Below are positions 8,689-16,371 of a stretch of DNA of 32,000 bases, piece by piece. A program made the position numbers and the translations under genes. The notes under the pieces are model-generated. The model was given only the letters and a program-made list of their open reading frames with translations, was not told the origin of the DNA and searched no databases. The stretch is taken from positions 360,001 through 392,000 of the forward strand of contig NC_005070.1 of the NCBI RefSeq assembly GCF_000195975.1, written 5' to 3'. Numbering within the stretch: the stretch's first letter is position 1; every line of letters begins with the position of its first letter. The stretch comes from Parasynechococcus marenigrum WH 8102. Lineage in GTDB: Bacteria > Cyanobacteriota > Cyanobacteriia > PCC-6307 > Cyanobiaceae.

Positions 8689-8839
8689 AGTTTCTGACTG
8701 AACAGCCTGTTTATTGTAATAGATGATGCGTTTACTGATTTTTTTAAGAGTTCTTGATGGTTGAGCTTGCGCTGACGGATGAAATGAGCTTGTCTTGCAT
8801 TGCAATGTCACGAGCTTTGATTAGCTTGCCACGTTTTCT

Positions 8840-9439
8840 GTGTATGACGTTAGCCCTCTCCACGTTTTTCTCTGGATTTCGCCAGTATGTGCCAATAATT
8901 GTGAACTTTTAATATCTAACAATCGCGATGAGCTGGTGAGACTTCTTCGGGAAACTCCTAATAGTCTGGTCATTCCAAAACTTGTATCTGAAGTAGAGGA
9001 TAATTATCCTGCAGATCTGAGTTGTGGTTCAGATCTTTTGTATGGTGGTATTCGGTGGAGTAGCTCTACCCAGCCATTGCTCAGACAGGCACCCTGGCTG
9101 GAAAATCTGCAGATATTGGACCCTGTGACAAAAAGAGGTGGCAATATACTCCGTCTAAGAGGCCCTCTTGTAGCTGTGGGATCGGTTTTTGTGCAGGCTG
9201 ACTTAGATGTAATTAACTCAACAAGAGTCGAGGTTTGCTTCCGTAGAGGCGGTTGGATAGGTCCCCGTCACTCTGGTATCGGGCAAATTAAACTCTTAAA
9301 AGATGTTCGGCAGAGTTTTCCTGCTTGGCTTGATATGACCGTTTTGGATTCACAGCTGCGAATTTGTCGCGGTAATGCAGGAACAACTTTTGCTTTGTTG
9401 AGGCAGAGCGATAAGAGTGTTGCAGAATTCTTGGGCTGA
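8840..9439 (+). CDS. PAP/fibrillin family protein
   Basis: 199-aa ORF with a GTG start. The C-terminal block WLDMTVLDSQLRICRGNAGTTFALLRQ matches the fibrillin signature (LD.TYLD..lRi.RG..G..FvL). Confidence 0.72.
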   Translation: MYDVSPLHVFLWISPVCANNCELLISNNRDELVRLLRETPNSLVIPKLVSEVEDNYPADLSCGSDLLYGGIRWSSSTQPLLRQAPWLENLQILDPVTKRGGNILRLRGPLVAVGSVFVQADLDVINSTRVEVCFRRGGWIGPRHSGIGQIKLLKDVRQSFPAWLDMTVLDSQLRICRGNAGTTFALLRQSDKSVAEFLG

Positions 9440-9545
9440 TGTGTATGGGACCTGCCGCATTTTATTGTCAGTGCCTTCGGAACTGTAAATGGTTGCAATT
9501 GATGTCTTATGGAGTCAAAATAAGGATAGATTGTCTAACCAGCCA

Positions 9546-9884
9546 ATGCCGTTCATTAGTGTCAAGACCAATATTACCGATGTACAGACTCCAAATGGCC
9601 TTTTAAAGAAGCTTTCTGCTGCTCTTGCCACTGCCACGGGTAAGCCTGAGTCGTATGTAATGACGCTTTTGGACTCTGGTGTTCCAATGACATTCGCAGG
9701 TAGTGAAGAGCCTTGCGCTTATGTAGAGGTCAAATCAATCGGAGCTTTGACGCCTCCTGCAATGTCTGATCAATTTTGCGAATTGATCAAGTCGTCTTTA
9801 GGCATTCCGAAGGATCGTATTTATATTGGGTTTGACGATGTCAATGCTTCTAACTGGGGGTGGAATGGGCGTACTTTTGGCTGA
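9546..9884 (+). CDS. macrophage migration inhibitory factor (MIF)/tautomerase-family protein
   Basis: From the internal ATG the protein starts MPFISVKTN (catalytic Pro-1). It aligns by eye along MIF: GKPESYVMTLL..PMTFAGSEEPCAYVEVKSIG and IPKDRIYIGFDDVNASNWGWNGRTF. The track ORF starts at 9489. Confidence 0.9.
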   Translation: MPFISVKTNITDVQTPNGLLKKLSAALATATGKPESYVMTLLDSGVPMTFAGSEEPCAYVEVKSIGALTPPAMSDQFCELIKSSLGIPKDRIYIGFDDVNASNWGWNGRTFG

Positions 9885-9914
9885 GCTTTTTCTTAGTGAA
9901 CTTGCGGCGAACTG

Positions 9915-10112
9915 ATGGCAAATATCCTCGACGGCATCTGTCCTGAAGGCTTCATCCTTGATGGCCATGATGACTGGCCCTGGTCAGCAACACGAAAGGA
10001 GTGGTTCCGTATCACTCGTGAGTTGGTCGCCAGAACCATCGCCGACATGGACTTGGACGATGAATCCTTGTCTGAGGTTGAGCAGGCGTTCATAGGAGCG
10101 TGCCTGCTGTGA
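9915..10112 (+). CDS. small conserved hypothetical protein (module gene 1, copy A)
   Basis: 65 aa, paralogous to 16591..16782. Shared segments: M.N.LD, W..SAT.KEWF.ITR, ADM.LD, G.GLL*. Confidence 0.6.
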   Translation: MANILDGICPEGFILDGHDDWPWSATRKEWFRITRELVARTIADMDLDDESLSEVEQAFIGACLL

Positions 10113-10489
10113 CACGCAAGCGCGTTACCGCCATTGAGAAGAAGCAACGCCATGAATGGGCGATGCGGCAAATAGACGCCGGAATGGGTCTCAGCGAATT
10201 AACTGCCCTTACTGCCGAAACATGGGGGTGCAGCCGCAGGAACGCCCGTGATGTCGTCTGTGCAGCTCACAAGGACTGGCTAGATGCTGCCTATGGATCT
10301 GAGGAGATCGATCAGAAGGACTTACTTTTCCAACAGGTGGGACGGTTAGAGCGAATCGCTCGCAAGGCGGAAAATACGGGACAATTTTCTGCCGCTGTGG
10401 GCGCGATAACGGCACTAAATCGAATGATGGCGTTGGGCGCAGACCAGAAAGGGTTTCGAGGTTGCAGGACGCATCCCCGCCGGTATTGA
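10100..10489 (+). CDS. HTH-type DNA-binding protein, possibly terminase-small-subunit-like (module gene 2, copy A)
   Basis: 129 aa, paralogous to 17607..17987. Shared segments: A.KAE..GQ..SAVGA..A.. and an N-terminal HTH-like segment. The start is GTG at 10100, or GTG at 10109 overlapping the upstream TGA (GTGA). Confidence 0.6.
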   Translation: MPAVTRKRVTAIEKKQRHEWAMRQIDAGMGLSELTALTAETWGCSRRNARDVVCAAHKDWLDAAYGSEEIDQKDLLFQQVGRLERIARKAENTGQFSAAVGAITALNRMMALGADQKGFRGCRTHPRRY

Positions 10490-10529
10490 TTTGGATTTCC
10501 TAGTCGATGTTGCACATCGGCCTCAGTCG

Positions 10530-10922
10530 TCAGGGCAACGGTGGCAACGACACCTCGCTGATTTCTTCATGGCTTTCAGTAATCACTGATTGTCCATCCG
10601 GAGCGATCACCACAATCGATTCGACTGTTGGAGGAAGTCCAAGCACTTCCCAGCCTGGAGGGCCTCCCAGGAATCGAAACGTGAGGCCGTTCGCATCTCG
10701 TTTTATTAGACATGGGTTTTTTGTTGGACTCACATACATGCATCGAGCTGGGTGATAAAGGCGTAATCCTCCATTTGCTGCTGCCGCAGTCCCGCGAGCG
10801 AGGTTGATGGCCCGTTTCGACGCCGTTGGGACAAATTCTCTAGCTTCCTCTTGCGCCATTGCTGGCTGAGCGTGAGCGCCTACTACCAAGGCACCCAGCA
10901 GGAGAAATCGTTTCACGCGCAT
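10530..10922 (-). CDS. secreted hypothetical protein
   Basis: 130-aa ORF with a clear signal peptide (MRVKRFLLLGALVVGAHAQPAMA). No family recognised. Confidence 0.65.
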   Translation of the reverse strand: MRVKRFLLLGALVVGAHAQPAMAQEEAREFVPTASKRAINLARGTAAAANGGLRLYHPARCMYVSPTKNPCLIKRDANGLTFRFLGGPPGWEVLGLPPTVESIVVIAPDGQSVITESHEEISEVSLPPLP

Positions 10923-11092
10923 ACGGTTCTAGCGATCCCCCATTTTTGAACGGCTTTGCAGTTGTGGCAACAGTGCGACGAGGCGGTAGGGAGGCTTTCG
11001 GTAATGCGTGTTGCGACCGTTTCAGGCAGAATGGTGATTAGGAAACTACTCGTGGCCATATCAAAGGCCGCCATCACGAACACACTAAATCT

Positions 11093-11587
11093 ATGAAGCT
11101 CGTTCTATTTTTATTGCTGGGAAGCATTCTTGCAGCTCCTTCAGCCCACAGTCATGGAGGTCATGACCATGGACCTGGTGATGAAATAATGATTCCAGGC
11201 AGCAACAAAAATGGTATAGAAATCTATCTTTATAGAGATAAGTCATGCGGATGCTGCAAGAAGTGGGGTGCGCGGATGGTTGAAGGTGGATACAAAGTTG
11301 TTGACAATATATCTAACGATATAAATGATTTGAAGATCTCTGAGGGAATTTCTTCTTCATTAGCTTCTTGTCATACTGCTTTTGTGGAGGGCTACTTTAT
11401 TGAAGGTCATGTACCGGGCAAATCAATAGACAAGCTTTTGAGAGATATGCCTGATATTGCTGGCCTTTCGGTCCCAGGGATGCCGCTTGGTTCTCCAGGA
11501 ATGGAGACTTCACAGATGGCTACTCAGAACTATGAAGTTTTGGCTGTAGACTTCGATGGGAAAGCATCAGTATTTGATAGCTATTAG
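11093..11587 (+). CDS. DUF411 (CopG-like) periplasmic metal-binding protein
   Basis: 164 aa with a signal peptide and then a His-rich stretch HSHGGHDHGPGD. DUF411 hallmarks are present: SCGCCKKW, SCHTAFVEGYFIEGHVP, GLSVPGMPLGSPGME. The gene is AT-rich. Confidence 0.88.
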   Translation: MKLVLFLLLGSILAAPSAHSHGGHDHGPGDEIMIPGSNKNGIEIYLYRDKSCGCCKKWGARMVEGGYKVVDNISNDINDLKISEGISSSLASCHTAFVEGYFIEGHVPGKSIDKLLRDMPDIAGLSVPGMPLGSPGMETSQMATQNYEVLAVDFDGKASVFDSY

Positions 11588-11619
11588 TTAGTGAACTGAA
11601 GATTTAGTTGGTCTTGCAA

Positions 11620-11775
11620 ATGCTCCTAAATCCTGAGTGGTTCACCGTAATTGATATTGCGCCGTTAACCGATGAGATCGACTCACAGTACTGCAAGGAG
11701 TTGCAGCCGCTCAGAGCACCATCCCTAGCGCTTCAGGGTACAAAAAAACCCGGTGTGAGTCGCACAACGGGCTGA
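11620..11775 (+). CDS. possible small ORF (51 aa)
   Basis: Hand-read: MLLNPEWFTVIDIAPLTDEIDSQYCKELQPLRAPSLALQGTKKPGVSRTTG. It is below the track cutoff, and its 3' end contains the minus-strand terminator hairpin. Confidence 0.25.
   Translation: MLLNPEWFTVIDIAPLTDEIDSQYCKELQPLRAPSLALQGTKKPGVSRTTG
11742..11771 (-). terminator. intrinsic terminator (minus strand)
   Basis: 9-bp stem CCCGGTGTG/CACAACGGG (one mismatch) with a 5-nt loop. It is preceded on the plus strand by seven A (11742-11748), so the minus-strand RNA ends in hairpin plus UUUUUUU. Confidence 0.55.
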
Positions 11776-11930
11776 GTGATGGGGGAAACCTAAATATGGC
11801 TTAGCCGCCTAGTACTGACCAGCCCCACATATGGTGCCACCTATTAGTGGTCAGAACTTCAATACACAATCGAGGCGTTCCACATGGCACAAATGATGTG
11901 GGTGGCACAAATGAGTCCAATGCGGCTAGC
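11742..11930 (-). ncRNA. candidate structured small RNA ending at the 11742 terminator
   Basis: I found no ORF over 10 aa on the minus strand here. Local hairpins are CCACAT/ATGTGG (11880-11901) and CTGACCA/TGGTCAG (11815-11854). A possible long-range pairing is GTGCCAC (11834-11840) with GTGGCAC (11902-11908). The 5' end and promoter are not identified. Confidence 0.3.
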
Positions 11931-12339
11931 TTTATCGGGTCTGGCCGGGTGATGGGGATCAGCCGAAAGGATTGAAGACCTCGGGGATCTCTCCGGGGTT
12001 TCTTTTTGACCGCCTCAGTTGCCGATGTCGATCCAGGCAGCCCCTTCTACAGGTAGGGCTTACAAGCCAGCTACCTGATCGGGGAAAGGACTACAGAACC
12101 GCGAGAAGAGCTTGCTCTTCCCGAGCGATGCGGTGTCTGCACACACAAGCTCCTCCTGATACGGAGCCATGCGTCGTATGCACTGACTCTTTTCAGCATT
12201 CCGTTGCACAGAAGGTTGTCTCCCGCGATCGTTCACGCAGGAGACAGGGGTTCTGCCAGCTCTCGGATCGCTCTTCCGAGGCCGTCGCGTGTGGATGAAC
12301 TCCACATGTCCGCGCAAAGCAAATATGGAACCAAGGAGC

Positions 12340-12495
12340 TTATTCGGCAACACGTCTTTTGGTCATTTTTTGATTCCAGAGAATCTCCCGTGAAGGCCTG
12401 TGAATCAGGTATGAGGCGACACCGACAGCAGGACGCTCATCTTCCACTTCAACCTTCACGACTGTCTTCTCATAAGGTCGGATGATGTGGGTCAT
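12340..12495 (-). CDS. possible small ORF (51 aa)
   Basis: Hand-read: MTHIIRPYEKTVVKVEVEDERPAVGVASYLIHRPSREILWNQKMTKRRVAE. Its composition is more protein-like than the Arg/Ser/Cys-rich plus-strand track ORFs it overlaps. Confidence 0.25.
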   Translation of the reverse strand: MTHIIRPYEKTVVKVEVEDERPAVGVASYLIHRPSREILWNQKMTKRRVAE

Positions 12496-12526
12496 CAGTT
12501 ATTACCAACCGTCAAACGTCGATCGT

Positions 12527-12685
12527 TCAGCCAGCCTCCCTGCCCTCGTCATCTTCCGCCTCGGTACGAAGGAAACGCTTGCGCTGGGCTGACTCATAAC
12601 CAGTCAGCTCGGTTTCCCTTTTCTCGATTTTGCGCTCAGGCTTGTCAAGCCCCATCAGGAGGGGGTGGATTCCTCGTCGGCTCAT
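12527..12685 (-). CDS. possible small ORF (52 aa)
   Basis: Hand-read: MSRRGIHPLLMGLDKPERKIEKRETELTGYESAQRKRFLRTEAEDDEGREAG. It lies directly upstream of the 51-aa ORF on the same strand. Confidence 0.25.
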   Translation of the reverse strand: MSRRGIHPLLMGLDKPERKIEKRETELTGYESAQRKRFLRTEAEDDEGREAG

Positions 12686-12913
12686 TGGTCTGGTCCCTTA
12701 TTTAGATCTCGCGTCGTGGTCTCTCGGCCCAGCCGCGTGAAAACACCTTCGCGTATAAACGTCCGTACCGCGATCGGCGACACAAAACGATCAAACGTCG
12801 ATCACGTTGGGGGGAGCGCCAGCAGTAGCAGCTGCCATCCTTGATGTCAGTGACGCTGCTGCTGATCTACGCGATCGCTTTTAGCGTGAGCTTGACGCAA
12901 GGGAGATGGCGTC

Positions 12914-13057
12914 ATGATCAACATCCTTGATCACGTCTCACTGGCACCACAGAGACAAGGTCTTAACGGTGAACTTCTCATTTCGCTTGTTCGGTCCCAT
13001 GGCGGTTTCCACCGTCACGGTCAGACTTGTTGGCTGGCGATGTTGTATTCGTCCTAA
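12914..13057 (+). CDS. divergent or decayed copy of module gene 1 (copy B)
   Basis: Hand-read 47-aa ORF starting MINILDHV. The first 25 nt or so are near-identical to the start of 16591..16782 (MPNVLDHV). The remainder shows no similarity. Confidence 0.3.
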   Translation: MINILDHVSLAPQRQGLNGELLISLVRSHGGFHRHGQTCWLAMLYSS

Positions 13058-13068
13058 ATCATCCACAG

Positions 13069-13239
13069 ATGTCTACCGAAGTTCGCAACTGGGACCTCGT
13101 CGCGAAAGAGATGGAAGCAGCTGGTGCCACATCAAGCCAGATGTATGTCCGTGCCAAAGCATTGGCACAAGGCAAGCTCGATCCAATGCCCACAAGCTTC
13201 CCTGAAGCTCCTTACAGCATTTCCGCTGTAGCAGGTTGA
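13069..13239 (+). CDS. small conserved hypothetical protein (paralogue of 18282..18479)
   Basis: From the internal ATG: MSTEVRNWDLVAKEMEAAGATSSQMYVRAKALAQGKLDPMP... This aligns with MDQAEINNWQTIAESMEAKGDTESWFYLRARAIADGKPDPMP... Confidence 0.55.
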   Translation: MSTEVRNWDLVAKEMEAAGATSSQMYVRAKALAQGKLDPMPTSFPEAPYSISAVAG

Positions 13240-13429
13240 TTCTGGTTTCTGATCTGGTTTGTTGGGGGTCAAGACGAGACTTAACCCTTGTCAATCAAGG
13301 ACCAGTTACTGCCCCTTCTCCGAAAACACCTTGTTTGGGAGACGGGGTTTTTTCTGTCCGCGATCAGATGACGCACCGCTCTGTAGGGGGTTTACCCAGA
13401 CATAAAGGAATGTCCGCGTGTCCGCCTGA

Positions 13430-13534
13430 CTAGTGATCTTGTTGCAGCAGCTGAAGCTCTCCATAGAAGAGAGCCATAGCGCCAACGATGGCCACGCTAA
13501 GGGTGGTGGTGAGAAGCAGTTCGTTGAGCATCAT
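13430..13534 (-). CDS. possible 34-aa hydrophobic peptide
   Basis: Hand-read: MMLNELLLTTTLSVAIVGAMALFYGELQLLQQDH, preceded by GGAGGAA immediately upstream of the ATG. Confidence 0.35.
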   Translation of the reverse strand: MMLNELLLTTTLSVAIVGAMALFYGELQLLQQDH

Positions 13535-13878
13535 TTCCTCCTTGTCTCTATCCCTTGTCTAAGACAAAAAATCAGCGTCTGTAACTGTTATTACAAGTCT
13601 GAATGGGGTGAAAACCGGCCACTACAACCGACAGGCTCAGTTCCACTGCACTGCATTCGTTCTCAGCGAAAAGCAGCTTGTAACCTGAAGACAAGGGGCG
13701 CCGGGGTAAATACTTAGCAGCGCAAGCAATCACAGCGATTTACACCCCAAAAGCGCCGGCCATAACCTGCCACCTCATCAAACGAACGCCTCAAGCCAAA
13801 CCAACGTCAGCAGTGACCCTCCTCCAATCGCTATCGACAACCACTGGTCACGAATGACGCATGTCATCTCAGTAATGC

Positions 13879-13895
13879 AGCTGACCCAATAAATC
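13879..13895 (+). repeat. conserved upstream element AGCTGACCCAATAAATC (copy B)
   Basis: The 17-mer is identical to 17577-17593. Flanking similarity extends over about 55 bp (TGTCATC ... CCATGGCAA). Confidence 0.7.
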
Positions 13896-13908
13896 GCCGC
13901 TGATCTCC

Positions 13909-13998
13909 ATGGCAAGGTCCGCCCAAGCAAGAAGCTGGACAGGCTTGAGGCAGTATCACCGACTGATGTGTGACCGTCTTCACGGTTTGTGTTGTTGA
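13909..13998 (+). pseudogene. decayed remnant of module gene 2 (copy B)
   Basis: The ATGGCAA start lies at the same distance from the 17-mer as in copy C, but the ORF closes after 29 aa. Residual nucleotide similarity remains (ccgactgatg vs ccaactgatg). Confidence 0.35.
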
Positions 13999-14076
13999 GT
14001 TCAGGACATTGTCCGGCTGGTACAGAAGAATTTACGGCTTTCGTGCAATGTCTATCTTTCCTCCGCCTTATTTGCT

Positions 14077-14268
14077 GTGACTGAATACTCGCTTTATGAA
14101 CACAAACAGGCAACTATTGCTTTGCGTCAGCTTGAAGAATGTGGCGTGCCTTGTGATTGCCAAAGTTGTAAGTCGGCTTATCACCGCCTGATGAGTATTC
14201 AGCTTCAGATGAAGGAACGGGAACGGCGTTTTGCCAGGCCTTCACCACACTACATTCAATATGACTAG
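14077..14268 (+). CDS. hypothetical small Cys-containing protein
   Basis: 63-aa ORF with a GTG start, containing CGVPCDCQSCKSAYH. No family recognised. Confidence 0.4.
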   Translation: MTEYSLYEHKQATIALRQLEECGVPCDCQSCKSAYHRLMSIQLQMKERERRFARPSPHYIQYD

Positions 14269-14895
14269 AACATGTCAAATTTAGCCCCTCACGAAGCAGA
14301 AGTGTTTCTCGCAGAACTAATGCTGCACAAGCCTATGTTTTGCTCAAATCCAATGCGGTGTAGTCATTGTCGCCCGATACTTGATTGAATTGAGATTTGC
14401 AAATGGCATAAGGAATTACGTACCAGATACATCGTTGCGGCTTGATTTCCGGTGGAGTGGAACCACTCTAACAAAGCCGTATAGCCTTGTTCTGTTGCAG
14501 ATTTGGTCTTCAGAACGGTCGCAACGCATCTATTGAAGGCAAGCTAATAGGAGCAGATCGCTGCCATACGTGAATAGCTGGAGCGGCTTTAAACGGAGGA
14601 CAGTTTCTTGACTTTTGAGGAGTACGATGAGCGCCTACGAGCTGTTTGCTTCGTTGGAAAAGACGTATTTCCCACTTTTTGCTATACTAATTTATAAAAT
14701 CCAGGTGTCAAGAGCATGTATTTTCTTATTTTAGCGTTAGTTTTACTGTAATTATCTGTGAAAGTTGTATGCCTAGGTCTACATTGCGACTAAGTCATCA
14801 CATATGCCATCCATTCAGATTGTTGTGAGCAAACAAGCCTACGGCCTCATTCGTGAGGAGATAGATAACTTTTGTGTTATTAGATTGCCCGCAGT

Positions 14896-15657
14896 TTGGT
14901 TAGCTTTAATGTAAAGAGGATTGAATGTGCACGCATTTTGCCAGCCGCCCAGCCGCCTGATAATGAAATACAGCGACTAAACGCTCTCAATGAGTATAGA
15001 ATTCTTGGCACAAAGCCAGAGCAGTCATATGACGACATTACCAATATTGCTTCAAGTGTATGTTCAACCCCAATTGCGCTTCTCAGTTTAATTGATACTG
15101 ATAGACAGTGGTTTAAGTCAAAAGTAGGGGTAGAAATACAAGAGACACCCAGGGATTGGTCTTTTTGCGCCCACGCAATTCATTCATCCGACCCACTCAT
15201 AATCCCAGACGCACTGATGGATGATCGATTCCGTGACAATCCACTTGTATGTGGCGACCCGAATATAAGACTTTATGCAGGTTTTCCTCTTGAAAATAGT
15301 AAGGCATTGAGAGTGGGAACACTATGCGTCATTGATCGAGTACCTCGTCAATTAAACGATAAAGAATGCGGTGTTATGAAAGCTCTCGCAAGGCAGGTGG
15401 TTTCGTTTCTGGAGCTGAGAAAAAAATCGATTAACTTGATTGAATCTTTTTGCGCGCATACTGAAAACAATAGGATGATTTCTACATGCTCTTACTGCCG
15501 GAAAGCCCAAGATAAAAACGGGCACTGGATGCATCTTGACAAATATCTTTCTCTGAGATCAAATTTGAATTTCACTCATGGAATCTGCGATGCATGCATT
15601 GAGCAGCATTTTCCTGAGGTCCTTGATGCCTGGCAAACAGAAGAAGGACGTAATTAA
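14896..15657 (+). CDS. GAF-domain sensor protein with C-terminal CxxC...HGxCxxC module
   Basis: 253 aa. GAF blocks: NEIQRLNALNEYRIL, PIALLSLIDTDRQWFKSKVG, SFCAHAI, DDRFRDNPLV, IRLYAGFPL, VGTLCVID. The C-terminus reads CSYCRKAQDKNGHWMHLDKY...FTHGICDACIEQ. The start is uncertain because there is no in-frame ATG near the 5' end (the track uses TTG). Confidence 0.85.
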   Translation: MVSFNVKRIECARILPAAQPPDNEIQRLNALNEYRILGTKPEQSYDDITNIASSVCSTPIALLSLIDTDRQWFKSKVGVEIQETPRDWSFCAHAIHSSDPLIIPDALMDDRFRDNPLVCGDPNIRLYAGFPLENSKALRVGTLCVIDRVPRQLNDKECGVMKALARQVVSFLELRKKSINLIESFCAHTENNRMISTCSYCRKAQDKNGHWMHLDKYLSLRSNLNFTHGICDACIEQHFPEVLDAWQTEEGRN

Positions 15658-15815
15658 AAGCCCCCTACCCTGAGAGCTAGTTCCAGTGCTCCAAGTCCAA
15701 GTAGGAAAGTGCCACCAAGCAGAGCAAGCTCCTTAGGGTTTTGGGCCATTGGAAGAAGGGCAGAGCCCACAAGCAACGCACCAAAAAATCTAAAGGGAAT
15801 CTGTAGCTCCAACAT
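15654..15815 (-). CDS. possible 53-aa membrane peptide
   Basis: Hand-read: MLELQIPFRFFGALLVGSALLPMAQNPKELALLGGTFLLGLGALELALRVGGF (two hydrophobic helices). It is convergent with the GAF gene and overlaps its stop. Confidence 0.3.
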   Translation of the reverse strand: MLELQIPFRFFGALLVGSALLPMAQNPKELALLGGTFLLGLGALELALRVGGF

Positions 15816-15934
15816 TTAGGAGGATTACGATCTGGTCATCGTCGCACGCGGCTTTTACCCAACTTCATGAATTAAGCTTAATAACCTACTTCTATTGGCA
15901 AACTCCGCAAGAAATCTAAATACTCTGGGGAACT

Positions 15935-15958
15935 TAAAAGCCCCACCGAAGCAGGGCT
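15935..15958 (-). terminator. intrinsic terminator after the YRG-peptide genes
   Basis: Minus-strand RNA AGCCCUGC-UUCG-GUGGGGCU forms an 8-bp stem with two G-U pairs and a UUCG loop, followed by UUUAAGUU. It lies 6 nt after the stop at 15964. Confidence 0.55.
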
Positions 15959-15963
15959 GGTGA

Positions 15964-16116
15964 TCATCGTGCGTAGGTAGCGCCTCTGTAGACGAATAGT
16001 GGTCTCGTCACGGGAGGTGCTGCCAGTGATGCTTCCAGTCGTTGAACCACAGCTTCGGTTTTCGCGGTTTCACGGCAACGCACAAAAGCGGTCCCGTTGT
16101 AATAAAGGGAAGTCAT
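15964..16116 (-). CDS. small YRG-motif protein (DUF4278-like), paralogue of 19254..19430
   Basis: Hand-read 50 aa: MTSLYYNGTAFVRCRETAKTEAVVQRLEASLAAPPVTRPLFVYRGATYAR. It aligns with MTSLYWNGLAFAPVNKTAAKKEAVILRLETALMAPDATPSLKYRGISY. Confidence 0.55.
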   Translation of the reverse strand: MTSLYYNGTAFVRCRETAKTEAVVQRLEASLAAPPVTRPLFVYRGATYAR

Positions 16117-16125
16117 CGAAGCGAC

Positions 16126-16296
16126 TCACTTGGCGTAAGAAGCGCCACGAAAGGTCAGTGTTGCGTGCACCTGTGCGGGAGCGGCAGAAGTGCGAGCCTG
16201 ATAAGACTTTCCTCGATACTGAAGTTCAACGATCGGTTGAACCAAAGGCAGCTTGGATCCGATTTCGTAGCTGCTGCCGCGATAGGTCAGGGTCAT
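16126..16296 (-). CDS. DUF4278-type small protein (three YRG..Y-like repeats)
   Basis: Hand-read 56 aa: MTLTYRGSSYEIGSKLPLVQPIVELQYRGKSYQARTSAAPAQVHATLTFRGASYAK. The opposite-strand 164-aa track ORF is Arg/Ser/Cys-rich and is rejected. Confidence 0.65.
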   Translation of the reverse strand: MTLTYRGSSYEIGSKLPLVQPIVELQYRGKSYQARTSAAPAQVHATLTFRGASYAK

Positions 16297-16322
16297 TTGA
16301 AGTTCCTCAGAAATCCAGGTCC

Positions 16323-16371
16323 CCGTTCCATGGCCTGGCTTGTCTGCGCCTCCCGCGAGGAGAGGTGAACG
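16323..16371 (-). promoter_or_regulatory. conserved structured 5' leader, candidate glutamine-riboswitch-like element (copy 1)
   Basis: The minus-strand RNA reads CGUUCA-CCUC-loop-GAGG-CGCAG...GCCAUGGAACG. CGUUC (16371-16367) can pair with GAACG (16327-16323), and CCUC (16365-16362) with GAGG (16352-16349). The same stems with a different loop occur at 19179-19225. It ends about 27 nt before the ATG at 16296. Confidence 0.45.

Noticed and set aside
11885-11914. TGGCAC-containing direct repeats that resemble the -24 element of sigma-54 promoters.
   Set aside because: Cyanobacteria are not known to use sigma-54, and no GG-N10-GC spacing with a TTGC -12 element is present. The repeat is kept only as part of the candidate sRNA region.
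11972-12705. Plus-strand ORFs 11972..12298, 12204..12485, 12487..12705 and minus ORF 12060..12353.
   Set aside because: Their Arg/Ser/Cys/Pro-rich composition does not look protein-like, and no motifs were recognised. I left the region essentially unannotated, apart from two low-confidence minus-strand mini-ORFs.
12512-12803. 13-bp direct repeat TCAAACGTCGATC at 12512-12524 and 12791-12803, flanking a mini-ORF.
   Set aside because: Several exact 13-mer repeats are expected by chance in 32 kb, and the flanks do not align.
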